A stretch of 64,000 nucleotides of DNA from an uncultured Peptococcaceae bacterium (GTDB lineage: Bacteria > Bacillota > Peptococcia > Peptococcales > Peptococcaceae). The notes under the pieces were generated by a model. It did not search any database. It had not been told where the DNA came from and was given only the letters and a program-made list of their open reading frames with translations. Shown here one piece after another: positions 27,795 through 36,650 of this stretch. The translations under genes were made by a program, and so were the position numbers. The stretch covers positions 9,172 through 73,171 of the forward strand of contig CAZSHM010000003.1 of the NCBI GenBank assembly GCA_964606855.1, read 5' to 3'. Within the stretch, counting starts at the first letter, position 1, and each line of letters opens with the position of its first letter.

Positions 27795-28649
27795 TCAGTA
27801 GCTCGCCGTGGAAGCCGGGGAGGCGGCGGGCCAGATGCAGGCGCCGCTCACGCAAATCGTCTGCCCGCTGATAAACGCGGCGGCATCGCTTGCCAGGAAA
27901 ATAAAGACATGGATCAGTTCATCCGGATGACACATAAATCTTCCCATCGGCGCAAATTTTGCCGCCAGGTTCGAGGCCTCCGCCATCTGTTCCGCCATGG
28001 CCGCGTCCATCCGCACATTCGGGTTGGACATCGGCACCGGATTGCCGTCAAAGTCCACGGTCTGGATCCCCGCCGGAGCCACCGCGTTGACGCGGATCTT
28101 TTTCGGGCCGAGTTCCCTGGCCATGCCCAGCGTCAGCCCCTCCACGGCAAATTTCGACGCCGTGTAGCCGATATTTCGCATCGCGCCGTCCACACCGGCC
28201 ATGGAGCTGGTGTTGAGGATGGCGCCGCCGCCCTGTTCGGCGATCACTCTGGAAAGAACCTTGCTGGCCATGAACGTCCCCGTCACATTCACATCGAACA
28301 CGGTTTGAAAGAGTTCCTTCGGATATTCGTCGAATGTCTTCGCCGGGTACAGTCCCGCGTTGTTCACCAGGATATCGATCCCGCCCCAGTCCGCGCAGAT
28401 CTCCTCCGCCATGGCCTCCAGCTCCTCCTCGCTGCTCAGGTTCGGGCGAAAGCCTTTCACCTGATAGGCGGGATCCAGCGCCCGCAATTTTTCTACCGCC
28501 TCCGCGTATGTCTCCTGCGGAGCGCAGCAGATCGCCACGTTCGCGCCGCACTCCAGGAATCTCCTGGCCATCAGCAGGCCCAGTCCGCGGTTGGCCCCCG
28601 TGATGACGGCACGCTTTCCCTTCAAAATTTCTCCGAAATACCGATGCAT
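27795..28649 (-). CDS. short-chain dehydrogenase/reductase (SDR)
   Basis: AGGAGG lies 8 nt before the ATG at 28649. TGANRGLG, NNAG and S...YTASK catalytic motifs. Confidence 0.9.
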   Translation of the reverse strand: MHRYFGEILKGKRAVITGANRGLGLLMARRFLECGANVAICCAPQETYAEAVEKLRALDPAYQVKGFRPNLSSEEELEAMAEEICADWGGIDILVNNAGLYPAKTFDEYPKELFQTVFDVNVTGTFMASKVLSRVIAEQGGGAILNTSSMAGVDGAMRNIGYTASKFAVEGLTLGMARELGPKKIRVNAVAPAGIQTVDFDGNPVPMSNPNVRMDAAMAEQMAEASNLAAKFAPMGRFMCHPDELIHVFIFLASDAAAFISGQTICVSGACIWPAASPASTASY

Positions 28650-28650
28650 C

Positions 28651-29178
28651 CTACACGCCTCCTGTGCTTCCGATTTGTATTGCCGCAGACTCCTCCGTCC
28701 GGGACAGGCCCTTCTTCCGGGAAAGTTTCGCATCGTAGAGCTCCACGATCAGGCCGGTGTCCTTCCGCAGATCCATGTAACAGTAGAATCCGTTCTCGGC
28801 CGATCCGCCCTCCACCAGCGTCTCCGCGCCCAGCGCCCGCATCCGCTCCCGCATGCCCGCGTAATCGTTCACGCCGAGACAGATGTGCTGTATGCCCGGG
28901 CCATGCTGATCGAAGAACTCCTTCTGGGAATTGACGTCCCCTCCCGTGTGCTGGATAAATTCAAACTCCACGCCCGCGACTTGTACCATGGCCAGCCGCA
29001 TATAAGCCGTGACCAGCCGTCCCCGGAACTTGACGGGCGCATTCTGTTCCGACAGATCGACATACCGGATCCCGGCAGGATCGATCGCGCACATGGCGCA
29101 GAGTGTCTCCGCCGCTCTCCGCGCGTCGGCCACCACAATGCCGATCTGAAAAAACTTCTCCACCTTGACTTCGCCCAA
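28651..29178 (-). CDS. VOC (glyoxalase/bleomycin-resistance/dioxygenase) family protein
   Basis: TTG start at 29178 with GGGAGGA 6 nt upstream. FFQIGIVVAD...VEFEFIQH...GIQHICLGV...LIVELY beta-alpha-beta-beta-beta repeats. Confidence 0.7.
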   Translation of the reverse strand: MGEVKVEKFFQIGIVVADARRAAETLCAMCAIDPAGIRYVDLSEQNAPVKFRGRLVTAYMRLAMVQVAGVEFEFIQHTGGDVNSQKEFFDQHGPGIQHICLGVNDYAGMRERMRALGAETLVEGGSAENGFYCYMDLRKDTGLIVELYDAKLSRKKGLSRTEESAAIQIGSTGGV

Positions 29179-29198
29179 TGTACGTCCTCCCTCGCGCG

Positions 29199-30005
29199 CT
29201 ACAAGATTTGTTTGATGTTCGACGTGACCTGCAGATCCACATAGAAGTGATCCTCGGTCTGCACGACACGCACCGGATAATTTAGAAAATCGCTCATGGA
29301 CGCGTCGGTAAAGAGATCCTGCGATCTGCCCTTCGCATAGATTGTCCCGTTCCGCAACAGCAGGCATTTGTCAAACAGCTGCAGAATCTCCTCCGTATAG
29401 TGCGTGACGTAGATCACCGTCATCTCCGGGTTTTCCGCCAGCGCCCGAACCGTGGCGAGCATATATTCTCTGGCAAACACATCCAGGCCGGTCCCCGGCT
29501 CGTCCAGAATCAGCATCTCCGGGTTGCTGATCAAGGCCCGCGCGATCAAAACATTCTGCCGCTCTCCCTTGGACAGCAGATCGAACGTGCGGTGCATTTT
29601 GGCTTCCAGCCCCAATTCCGCCAGAAGCTGATTCGCGCGCCGGATGTCCGCGTTGCGAACCTTCCAGCGGTTGTTCCCCAATTTTCCGCTGATTCCGGAA
29701 AGCACGATGTTCAGAACGCTCTCCCGCTGGTAATACCGGTCAAAGAAGGAACTGCTGATCCATCCCACTTTCTTGCGCTTTTCCAGGATATTCTCCTCGG
29801 TGTAGGGGCTGCCGAAGACCTCCACAGAGCCTCCCGAAAACCCGCGGAACCCCGCAATGATGCTCAGGAGCGTCGTTTTCCCCGATCCGTTCAGGCCGAA
29901 AACGACCCAGTGCTCCCCCTTTTGCACGGACCAGTCGATATTGCTCAGCAGCGCGTGGTTTCCGGCCAGGCAGGTCAGATCGCGCAATCTCACTACTTCT
30001 GCCAT
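29199..30005 (-). CDS. orphan ABC ATPase, ModF/YlmA (COG1119)-like, no cognate permease (copy A)
   Basis: Walker A GLNGSGKTT, signature LSKGERQNVLIARAL, Walker B MLILDEPGTGLD, H-loop VTHYTEEI. Paralog of 45032..45859. Confidence 0.85.
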   Translation of the reverse strand: MAEVVRLRDLTCLAGNHALLSNIDWSVQKGEHWVVFGLNGSGKTTLLSIIAGFRGFSGGSVEVFGSPYTEENILEKRKKVGWISSSFFDRYYQRESVLNIVLSGISGKLGNNRWKVRNADIRRANQLLAELGLEAKMHRTFDLLSKGERQNVLIARALISNPEMLILDEPGTGLDVFAREYMLATVRALAENPEMTVIYVTHYTEEILQLFDKCLLLRNGTIYAKGRSQDLFTDASMSDFLNYPVRVVQTEDHFYVDLQVTSNIKQIL

Positions 30006-30017
30006 GTTCCCGCCCCC

Positions 30018-30431
30018 TCAGTCCAGCGTCTCATCTTCCAGCATCAGGGCTTCCCCCAAAAGTTCCGTCTTCAGATCCAGAGAGGTCGTAAAACCGTCCT
30101 CGCGCAGGAGGCCGAGATTCCGGCAGCCCCAATCGATGATCTCGCTCACCTTGGCGATATTCATCTCTCTTTTGCGGATATTGTTGTCCAGATCCTTGTA
30201 GTAATCAAAACGCAGCTCGTCTACAAAATACTCTGCCACCTCGTAAATCTCCGGTTCCACCCCGTATTCGATGCGCTTGCAGTGGTCACAATAGATTTCC
30301 AGCTTGGAGATATCGTAACTGCTGTAGGTCAGTTTGCGCAGTTCCAGCGTCCCGCCGCAATAACTGCAGCGGCATCTCCGCACCCGCTTTCTCAGGCGCT
30401 CCTCCTCCTGTTTCTCCGCAGTCTCGTCCAT
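30018..30431 (-). CDS. small zinc-ribbon protein (CxxC...CxxC), 137 aa (copy A)
   Basis: The internal ATG at 30431 gives MDETAEKQEEERLRKRVRRCRCSYCGG...IYCDHCKRIEYGVE... Homologous along its length to 44612..45028. The upstream part of the 255-aa ORF overlaps two terminators. Confidence 0.7.
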   Translation of the reverse strand: MDETAEKQEEERLRKRVRRCRCSYCGGTLELRKLTYSSYDISKLEIYCDHCKRIEYGVEPEIYEVAEYFVDELRFDYYKDLDNNIRKREMNIAKVSEIIDWGCRNLGLLREDGFTTSLDLKTELLGEALMLEDETLD

Positions 30432-30604
30432 TCTGAAATTCAGCCACCGATCCTTCGCGGCATCCACAAAAATCCCTTCTTTCTCGCTCGCCCTTCTGCG
30501 ACAATTTCTCCTCTGCTTATCGCAATTATAAATCCGCCTTTTGCAAGTTGTTTCGCCCGAGTTCTTTATAATCCACGCGCTTTCTAGTAAAAAATACCTA
30601 CTAC

Positions 30605-30630
30605 AAAAAAACAGCACGGGAAACGTGCTG
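30605..30630 (-). terminator. intrinsic terminator (second of a tandem pair)
   Basis: cagcacg/cgtgctg stem followed by a U7 tract on the minus strand. Confidence 0.55.
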
Positions 30631-30740
30631 TTTGGGCGGCCGCTGCGCCGGGAGATTCGCGCGGGCCGCAGAAGTGCCGTTCGTGCGGGAATCCTGCTGT
30701 GCACAGTCCGGCGCCCGGCAGGCGGAGCGGAAAAAAGCGC

Positions 30741-30779
30741 AAAAAAATAGCCCGATCCGCAGGATACTACGGATCGGGC
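30741..30779 (-). terminator. intrinsic terminator downstream of the ricA/ylbF-like gene
   Basis: 10-bp stem gcccgatccg/cggatcgggc followed by UAUUUUUUU on the minus strand. Confidence 0.75.
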
Positions 30780-30798
30780 GTTCAAATTCCGGTCTGGT

Positions 30799-31179
30799 TC
30801 AGATGCCGCAGCCGGAACCGCAGCTGCCGCAATTTCCGCTGCAGCCCGAATTCCCGCCGTTGATGGCCGCGCTGAGGATCATGTTGACCGAGCGCAGGAT
30901 TTGCTCAAAGGCCTGGTTCGCCTGCAGGAAGGCGCTGATGTTGGCGTTCGCGTTCATCTTCTCCTCCAGGGCTTCCACATGCTGCTTCTCCTCCTCGGAG
31001 AGATCCTCGAAATCCAGTCCTTTGCTCATGGCGTCGCTCTGGATTTCCTGGTACTCCTCCACGATGACGCGCGCGTCGTTGTCCATCATCATCCGCATCT
31101 CGGCGTCGCGCAGCGCCGCCAGCTCCGCGGAGCCGGCGATGGCATCCGCCAGTTCTTTCGCCTTTGCTAAAATATCCAC
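30799..31179 (-). CDS. YlbF/YmcA (RicF/RicA) family protein with Cys/Gly-rich C-terminal tail
   Basis: GTG start with GGAGG upstream. VDILAKAKELADAIAGSAELAALRDAE... helical body, tail GGNSGCSGNCGSCGSGCGI. It lies downstream of miaB, as ymcB-ymcA does in Bacillus. Confidence 0.75.
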   Translation of the reverse strand: MDILAKAKELADAIAGSAELAALRDAEMRMMMDNDARVIVEEYQEIQSDAMSKGLDFEDLSEEEKQHVEALEEKMNANANISAFLQANQAFEQILRSVNMILSAAINGGNSGCSGNCGSCGSGCGI

Positions 31180-31265
31180 AATCGCACCTCCATAAAATCT
31201 GCGCACAGCGGCCTTGGCGGCACCGCGCGGGAGTCCGCCGCACCCCCGAAAAGGCGCGCCCGCCG

Positions 31266-32693
31266 CTAGTCTGCCAGTTCGCCCTTGAGCACCCAGGTCT
31301 GCGCCTCGGCGACGCGGACCGGAAGGATTTTTCCCGCCAGCGCGGGATCCCCCGCGAAGAGCACGGTCTTGTTGGTGGTGGTGCGGCCCTGCAGCATCGC
31401 CGCGTCGGTTTTGCTCCCGCCCTCCACCAGCACATCCACGGTGCGGCCCACAAGGGTGTCGTTGATCTCGCGGCTGATCTCCGACTGGAGCGTATTCAGC
31501 CGCTGCAGACGCTCCTTTTTCTCCTCCGGGGAAACCGGATCCTCCATGCGGGCGGCCGGCGTGCCGCTGCGCTTGGAATAGAGGAAGGTAAAGGCGGTGT
31601 CAAAGCGCACACGCCGCACCAGATCGAGTGTCTCCTGAAAGTCCTCCTCCGTCTCGCCGGGAAAACCGACGATGAGGTCGGTGGTGATGGCGGCCCCGGG
31701 CAGCGCGCGGCGGATCCGCTCCACCAGGCGCAGATACGTCTCCTTGCTGTAGCGGCGGTTCATCCGCTGCAGGATGCGGCTGCTGCCCGACTGCACTGGA
31801 AGGTGCACGTGATCGCACACCTTCCGGCTGTCTGCGATGGTCCGCACCAGCTCGTCCGTGAAATCCTTGGGGTGGGAAGTCATAAAGCGGATGCGGCGCA
31901 GACCCTCGATGCCGTCCAGCTCGCGCAGGAGCCCGGCAAAGCTGGTGCCGTCCGCCAGGTCCGTCCCGTAGCTGTTGACATTCTGCCCCAGGAGTGTCAC
32001 TTCCACCACACCGTCCGCCACCAGGCGCCGCACTTCCGCCGCGATGTCCGCCTGCCGGCGGCTCCGCTCCCGTCCCCGCACATACGGCACGACGCAGTAG
32101 GTGCAGAAATTGTTGCAGCCGTAGATGATGTTGACCAGCGCCTGATAGGGGTGCGCGCGCCGGACAGGCAGACCCTCCTGCACGGGCTCCTCTTGCGGCC
32201 AGATTTCCACCTGCCGCTCCGCGCCCCGGTAGAGCGCGAGGAGATAGCGCGGCAGCTGCTGCAGATTGTGCGTGCCGAAGATGAGATCCACATGCGGCGC
32301 GGACGCGCGGACCAGATCGGCTTCGTTCTGCTGCTGCATCATGCAGCCGCAGACCCCGATGATGCAGTCGGGCCGCTTCTGCTTCAGGGCGCGCAGTTCG
32401 CCCAGATGGCTCAGGACCTTGCTCTCCGCTTTTTCGCGGATACAGCAGGTGTTAAAGAGCAGGAGATCGGCATCTTCCTCGCGCGCGGCGGGCACAAAGC
32501 CCATCTGCTGCAAAAGGCCGGCCAGAACCTCCGAATCGTGCTCATTCATCTGGCAGCCGAACGTGCGGATGCAGTAGGCGCGGTCGCGCCCGTGCAGCGC
32601 TCGGTACTGCAGGTTCAGCCGCAGGACATCGTCTGCAAAGCAGCGCGCATCCTGCTGCCGCGCATCGCGCGCCGCCTGCTCCTCCGCCCTCAT
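31266..32693 (-). CDS. miaB: tRNA (N6-isopentenyl adenosine(37)-C2)-methylthiotransferase
   Basis: ATG overlaps the hemL stop (ATGA). N-terminal [10 protein letters not shown]...[10 protein letters not shown]...CGCM cluster, radical-SAM [12 protein letters not shown] domain. Confidence 0.92.
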   Translation of the reverse strand: MRAEEQAARDARQQDARCFADDVLRLNLQYRALHGRDRAYCIRTFGCQMNEHDSEVLAGLLQQMGFVPAAREEDADLLLFNTCCIREKAESKVLSHLGELRALKQKRPDCIIGVCGCMMQQQNEADLVRASAPHVDLIFGTHNLQQLPRYLLALYRGAERQVEIWPQEEPVQEGLPVRRAHPYQALVNIIYGCNNFCTYCVVPYVRGRERSRRQADIAAEVRRLVADGVVEVTLLGQNVNSYGTDLADGTSFAGLLRELDGIEGLRRIRFMTSHPKDFTDELVRTIADSRKVCDHVHLPVQSGSSRILQRMNRRYSKETYLRLVERIRRALPGAAITTDLIVGFPGETEEDFQETLDLVRRVRFDTAFTFLYSKRSGTPAARMEDPVSPEEKKERLQRLNTLQSEISREINDTLVGRTVDVLVEGGSKTDAAMLQGRTTTNKTVLFAGDPALAGKILPVRVAEAQTWVLKGELAD

Positions 32694-34006
32694 TCCATCA
32701 CCTTCGCCTGTCCGCGCTGCGCCGCCACCGCGGCAAAAGCGTCCCGGGCGGCGGCGATGGTCGCCTCGATGTCCGCGTCGCTGTGCGCCGTGGAGACGAA
32801 CCAGCACTCAAACTGCGATGGCGGCAGATAGACGCCCGCCTGCAGCATCGCCTGAAAGAAACTTTTAAACTGCGCCGTATCGGCGCGCATGGCCTGCGCG
32901 TAGCCCTCCACCGGCCCCTCGGTAAAGAAGACCGTGAGCAGCGACGCGCACTGGTGGACGGTGACCGCGACGCCCGCCTCGCGCGCGGCATCCCTCAATC
33001 CCTGCGCCAGCGCGGCGGCCTTGGCCTCCACCGCCTCGTAGACGCCGGGCTTGGCCAATTCCCGCAGCGCGGCAATGCCGGCAGCCATGGCCAAGGGGTT
33101 TCCGGAGAGCGTTCCCGCCTGATAGACCGGCCCGGAGGGCGCCACCAGCTCCATGATCTCCCGCCGTCCGCCGTACGCGCCGACCGGCAGCCCGCCGCCG
33201 ATAATCTTTCCCAGGCAAGTGAGGTCGGGCAGTACGCCGTAGACCTGCTGCGCGCCGCCGTAGGAGGCACGGAACCCGCTGATCACCTCGTCGAAAATCA
33301 GCAGCGCGCCGTAACGCCGGGTGATCTCCCGCAGTCCCTCCAGGAAGCCTTCCCTGGGAAGCACCAGCCCCATGTTGCCCGGCACAGGTTCCACGATGAC
33401 GGCGGCGATCTCTTCCGGATACCGCGCAAAGAGCCGCTCCACGCTCTCCAGATCGTTGTACTCGGCCACCAGGGTCTCCGAGGCGATGGATTCCGGCACG
33501 CCGGGGCTGGAGGGAACTCCGAACGTCAGCGCGCCGGAGCCCGCCTGGATCAGCAGATGGTCGGCGTGCCCGTGGTAGCAGCCGGCGAATTTCACCAGCT
33601 TGTCGCGGCCCGTATAGCCGCGGGCCAGACGGATCGCGCTCATGGTCGCCTCTGTGCCGGAATTCACCATCCGCACCATCTCGATGGAGGGCACCGCCTC
33701 CGTGATGCGGCGCGCGATCTCCACCTCCGCCTCCGTGGGCGCGCCGAAAGTGCTGCCCTTTTCCAGCGCCGCCCGGATCGCCGCCGTGACGGCGGGCGGC
33801 CGGTGCCCCAGAAGCAGCGGTCCCCAGGAACAGACGTAGTCGAGGAGACGGTTTCCGTCCACATCATAGAGGTACGCGCCCTCCCCCCGCTCGATGAAGA
33901 CAGGGAAATCGCCCACCGCCCGGAAGGCGCGCACCGGGCTGTTGACGCCGCCTGGAATCAGCCGCACGGCCTCCCGGTAGAGCGCCTGTGATTTTTCAAA
34001 CTGCAT
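32690..34006 (-). CDS. hemL: glutamate-1-semialdehyde 2,1-aminomutase
   Basis: [32 protein letters not shown]..., PLP lysine region [10 protein letters not shown]. Confidence 0.95.
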   Translation of the reverse strand: MQFEKSQALYREAVRLIPGGVNSPVRAFRAVGDFPVFIERGEGAYLYDVDGNRLLDYVCSWGPLLLGHRPPAVTAAIRAALEKGSTFGAPTEAEVEIARRITEAVPSIEMVRMVNSGTEATMSAIRLARGYTGRDKLVKFAGCYHGHADHLLIQAGSGALTFGVPSSPGVPESIASETLVAEYNDLESVERLFARYPEEIAAVIVEPVPGNMGLVLPREGFLEGLREITRRYGALLIFDEVISGFRASYGGAQQVYGVLPDLTCLGKIIGGGLPVGAYGGRREIMELVAPSGPVYQAGTLSGNPLAMAAGIAALRELAKPGVYEAVEAKAAALAQGLRDAAREAGVAVTVHQCASLLTVFFTEGPVEGYAQAMRADTAQFKSFFQAMLQAGVYLPPSQFECWFVSTAHSDADIEATIAAARDAFAAVAAQRGQAKVME

Positions 34007-34009
34007 CCC

Positions 34010-35023
34010 TCACTCCCCCTCTCGGCACGATGCGGCCGGATATGTCTCCTCCCGCAGCCAGCGGGCCACGTCGATGGCGTGGTAAGTCACGATCAGATCC
34101 GCGCCGGCCCGCACAAAGCCGGTCATCAGCTCCATCACAATCTTTTTCTCGTCGATCCAGCCGTTCTGCGCCGCCGCCTTCACCATGGCGTACTCGCCGC
34201 TGACATTGTAGGCCACGATGGGCTGCTCGAACGTCTCCCTCGCCCGGGCGAGGATGTCCAGATAGGCGAGCGCGGGCTTGATGATGATATAGTCCGCGCC
34301 CTCCTCCACATCGAGCCGCGTCTCCGCCATGGCCTGGCGCGCGCTGCAGGCGGGATCCATCTGATAGGTTTTTCGGTCGCCGAACTGCGGCGCGGAGCCC
34401 GCCGCCTCGCGGAAGGGGCCGTAGAAGGCCGAGGCGTACTTGGCCGAGTAGGCCATCACCGCGACATCCGGGAAGCCGGCCGCATCGAGGGCCGTGCGCA
34501 AGGCGCCCACGCGGCCGTCCATCATATCCGACGGCGCGATGATATCCGCGCCCGCTCTCGCCTGGCTCACCGCCGTCTTTGCCAAGAGTTCGAGCGTGGG
34601 ATCGTTCAGCACCCGCCCCGCGTCGTCCACGATGCCGCAGTGCCCGTGGCTCGTATACTCGCAGAGACAGCAGTCCGCGAGGATCACCAGATCCGGATAG
34701 GCGCTCCGCACCAGGGCGATCGCCCGCTGCACGATGCCGTCCTCCGCGTAGGCCTGGCTGCCCACGGGATCCTTCTTTTCCGGCACGCCGAAGAGGATGA
34801 TGCTGCAGATGCCCGCGGAGACCGCCCGATCCACCTCCTCCAGCAGATGATCCAGCGAGTACTGGCAGATGCCCGGCATAGAGTCTACGGGACGGAGAAT
34901 GTCCTCTCCCTCCGCCACGAAGATGGGATAGATCAGCTGCTCGGCGTGGACACGGTACTCCCGCACCATCCGGCGGATGTTCTCGCTCCGCCGGTAGCGG
35001 CGCATCCTTGTGGTTGGAAACAT
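34010..35023 (-). CDS. hemB: porphobilinogen synthase (delta-aminolevulinate dehydratase)
   Basis: [17 protein letters not shown]...LIYPIFV, Cys-rich Zn site [13 protein letters not shown]. Confidence 0.95.
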   Translation of the reverse strand: MFPTTRMRRYRRSENIRRMVREYRVHAEQLIYPIFVAEGEDILRPVDSMPGICQYSLDHLLEEVDRAVSAGICSIILFGVPEKKDPVGSQAYAEDGIVQRAIALVRSAYPDLVILADCCLCEYTSHGHCGIVDDAGRVLNDPTLELLAKTAVSQARAGADIIAPSDMMDGRVGALRTALDAAGFPDVAVMAYSAKYASAFYGPFREAAGSAPQFGDRKTYQMDPACSARQAMAETRLDVEEGADYIIIKPALAYLDILARARETFEQPIVAYNVSGEYAMVKAAAQNGWIDEKKIVMELMTGFVRAGADLIVTYHAIDVARWLREETYPAASCREGE

Positions 35024-35039
35024 GATTCAGCCCCTCTTT

Positions 35040-36650
35040 TCAGAAAAGTTCTCCCGGTTCTGCACCGGGAACGCCCTGCGATCTCGCCAAGGTTCTGTCC
35101 TTGCTCGAAGATTGCATCCGTGCGCCAGGCGGACGCGCAGCAAAGTGCGCCTCGATGGCGTCAACCAGACCGTCGATCGTATAGCGCTCGGCGACGATAT
35201 CCACCGGCAGACCGTTCGCGCGCGCGGTCTCCGCCGTCACCGGACCGATACAGGCCACCGTCACGCCGGACAGGCACGTGCGGTCCTCGCCCAGGAGGCG
35301 CAGAAAATTGGTCACCGTGGAGGAGCTGGTGAACGTCACCACATGGATCTCTCCGGCGCGCAGCTTCTCCAAAAGCAGCCCGGTATCCGTCTCGTCGGCC
35401 GGCAGCGTGCGGTAGGCGATCACTTCGTCCACCCGCGCGCCCATCGCCCGGAGGCTTTCCGCCAGAACCGGCCTCGCCAGATCGGCGCGCGGCAGGAGCA
35501 CGCGCTCCCCCGCGCGGACACGCCCGCCGAGCGCCTCCGCGACGGCCTCCGCGCGGAATACCTCCGGCATCACATCCACCAGGAGGCCGCGCTCCTCCAG
35601 CGACTGGGCCGTCCTGGGCCCGATGGCGCACAGGCGCGCCCGCCCCAGGGTGCGCACATCCAGCCGCTGCGCCCGCATGCTGCGGAAGAAGGCGTCCACA
35701 CCGTTGGCGCTGGTGAACAGGATCCAGTCATAGCGGCCCGCTTCGGCCACCGCCCGGTCCAGCGCGGCGGTATCCTCCGGCTCGGCGATGCGGATGACCG
35801 GGTACTCCCAGGCCTCCGCGCCGAGTTCCTCCAGTTTCTCCGATAGGACGCTCGCCTGCTCGCGGGCGCGCGTCACAAGCACCCGCTTTCCGAAAAGCGG
35901 CTTCTCCTCAAACCAGCAGAGGGTCTCCCGCAGCGCCACCACGCGGCCGACCAGGATGATGGCCGGCGAGCGGAGCCCTGCCCGCGCAACCTCCCCGGCG
36001 ATGGTATCCAGCGTCCCCGTCACCACCTGCTGCTCCGGGCGCGTGCCCCAACGGATCACCGCCGCCGGCGTTCCCGCGTCCTTGCCGTACTCCAGGAGCC
36101 TGCCCGCGATCTCCGCCAGATTTCCGACACCCATCAAGAACACCAGCGTCCCCGGATCCTGCGCCAGCCGCGGCCAGTCGATGCCGCTCTGCGCCTTGCC
36201 CGGCTCCTCATGCCCCGTGATCACCGTGAAAGTGGATGTGAAATCCCGGTGCGTGAGCGGAATGCCCGCATAGGCGGGCACCGCAATCGCGGATGTGATG
36301 CCCGGCACCTCCTCAAAGCGCACCCCCGCGGCCCGCAGCGCTTCGCCCTCCTCGCCGCCGCGCCCGAACACATAGGGATCCCCTCCCTTGAGCCGCGCCA
36401 CCACATTGCCCGCCAGCCCTTCCTCCACCAGGATCCGGTTGATCTCCTCCTGGCGGAGCGTGTGCCGCTCCGGCGACTTGCCGACATAGATCAGCCGGGC
36501 ATCCGGCCGCCTGTAGCGCAGGAGGCGCGGATTGGCCAGCCGGTCGTAGACAATCACGTCCGCCTTCCGGATGCACTCCAGCCCCTTCAAGGTGATGAGT
36601 TTCACATCCCCGGGCCCCGCGCCGATCAAATAGACGATTCCACGGTTCAT
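35040..36650 (-). CDS. cobA-hemD: bifunctional uroporphyrinogen-III C-methyltransferase / uroporphyrinogen-III synthase
   Basis: The ATG at 36650 abuts the hemC stop. N-terminal VYLIGAGPGDVKLITLKG...GGDPYVFGRGGEE (SUMT), C-terminal HemD-like half. Confidence 0.9.
   Translation of the reverse strand: MNRGIVYLIGAGPGDVKLITLKGLECIRKADVIVYDRLANPRLLRYRRPDARLIYVGKSPERHTLRQEEINRILVEEGLAGNVVARLKGGDPYVFGRGGEEGEALRAAGVRFEEVPGITSAIAVPAYAGIPLTHRDFTSTFTVITGHEEPGKAQSGIDWPRLAQDPGTLVFLMGVGNLAEIAGRLLEYGKDAGTPAAVIRWGTRPEQQVVTGTLDTIAGEVARAGLRSPAIILVGRVVALRETLCWFEEKPLFGKRVLVTRAREQASVLSEKLEELGAEAWEYPVIRIAEPEDTAALDRAVAEAGRYDWILFTSANGVDAFFRSMRAQRLDVRTLGRARLCAIGPRTAQSLEERGLLVDVMPEVFRAEAVAEALGGRVRAGERVLLPRADLARPVLAESLRAMGARVDEVIAYRTLPADETDTGLLLEKLRAGEIHVVTFTSSSTVTNFLRLLGEDRTCLSGVTVACIGPVTAETARANGLPVDIVAERYTIDGLVDAIEAHFAARPPGARMQSSSKDRTLARSQGVPGAEPGELF

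Noticed and set aside
29199-30005. ABC ATPase plus small protein as an anti-phage defence pair (PARIS/Gabija-like)
   Set aside because: The ATPase has a compact transporter-type NBD (ModF/YlmA-like) rather than the long coiled-coil or SMC-like ABC of defence systems. The partner has no nuclease or TOPRIM motifs, and the neighbours are catabolic and transport genes.
30432-30785. N-terminal 118 aa of the 255-aa ORF 30018..30785
   Set aside because: This part spans two intrinsic terminators and AT-rich intergenic DNA. The paralog (44612..45028) supports the short 137-aa version that starts at 30431.
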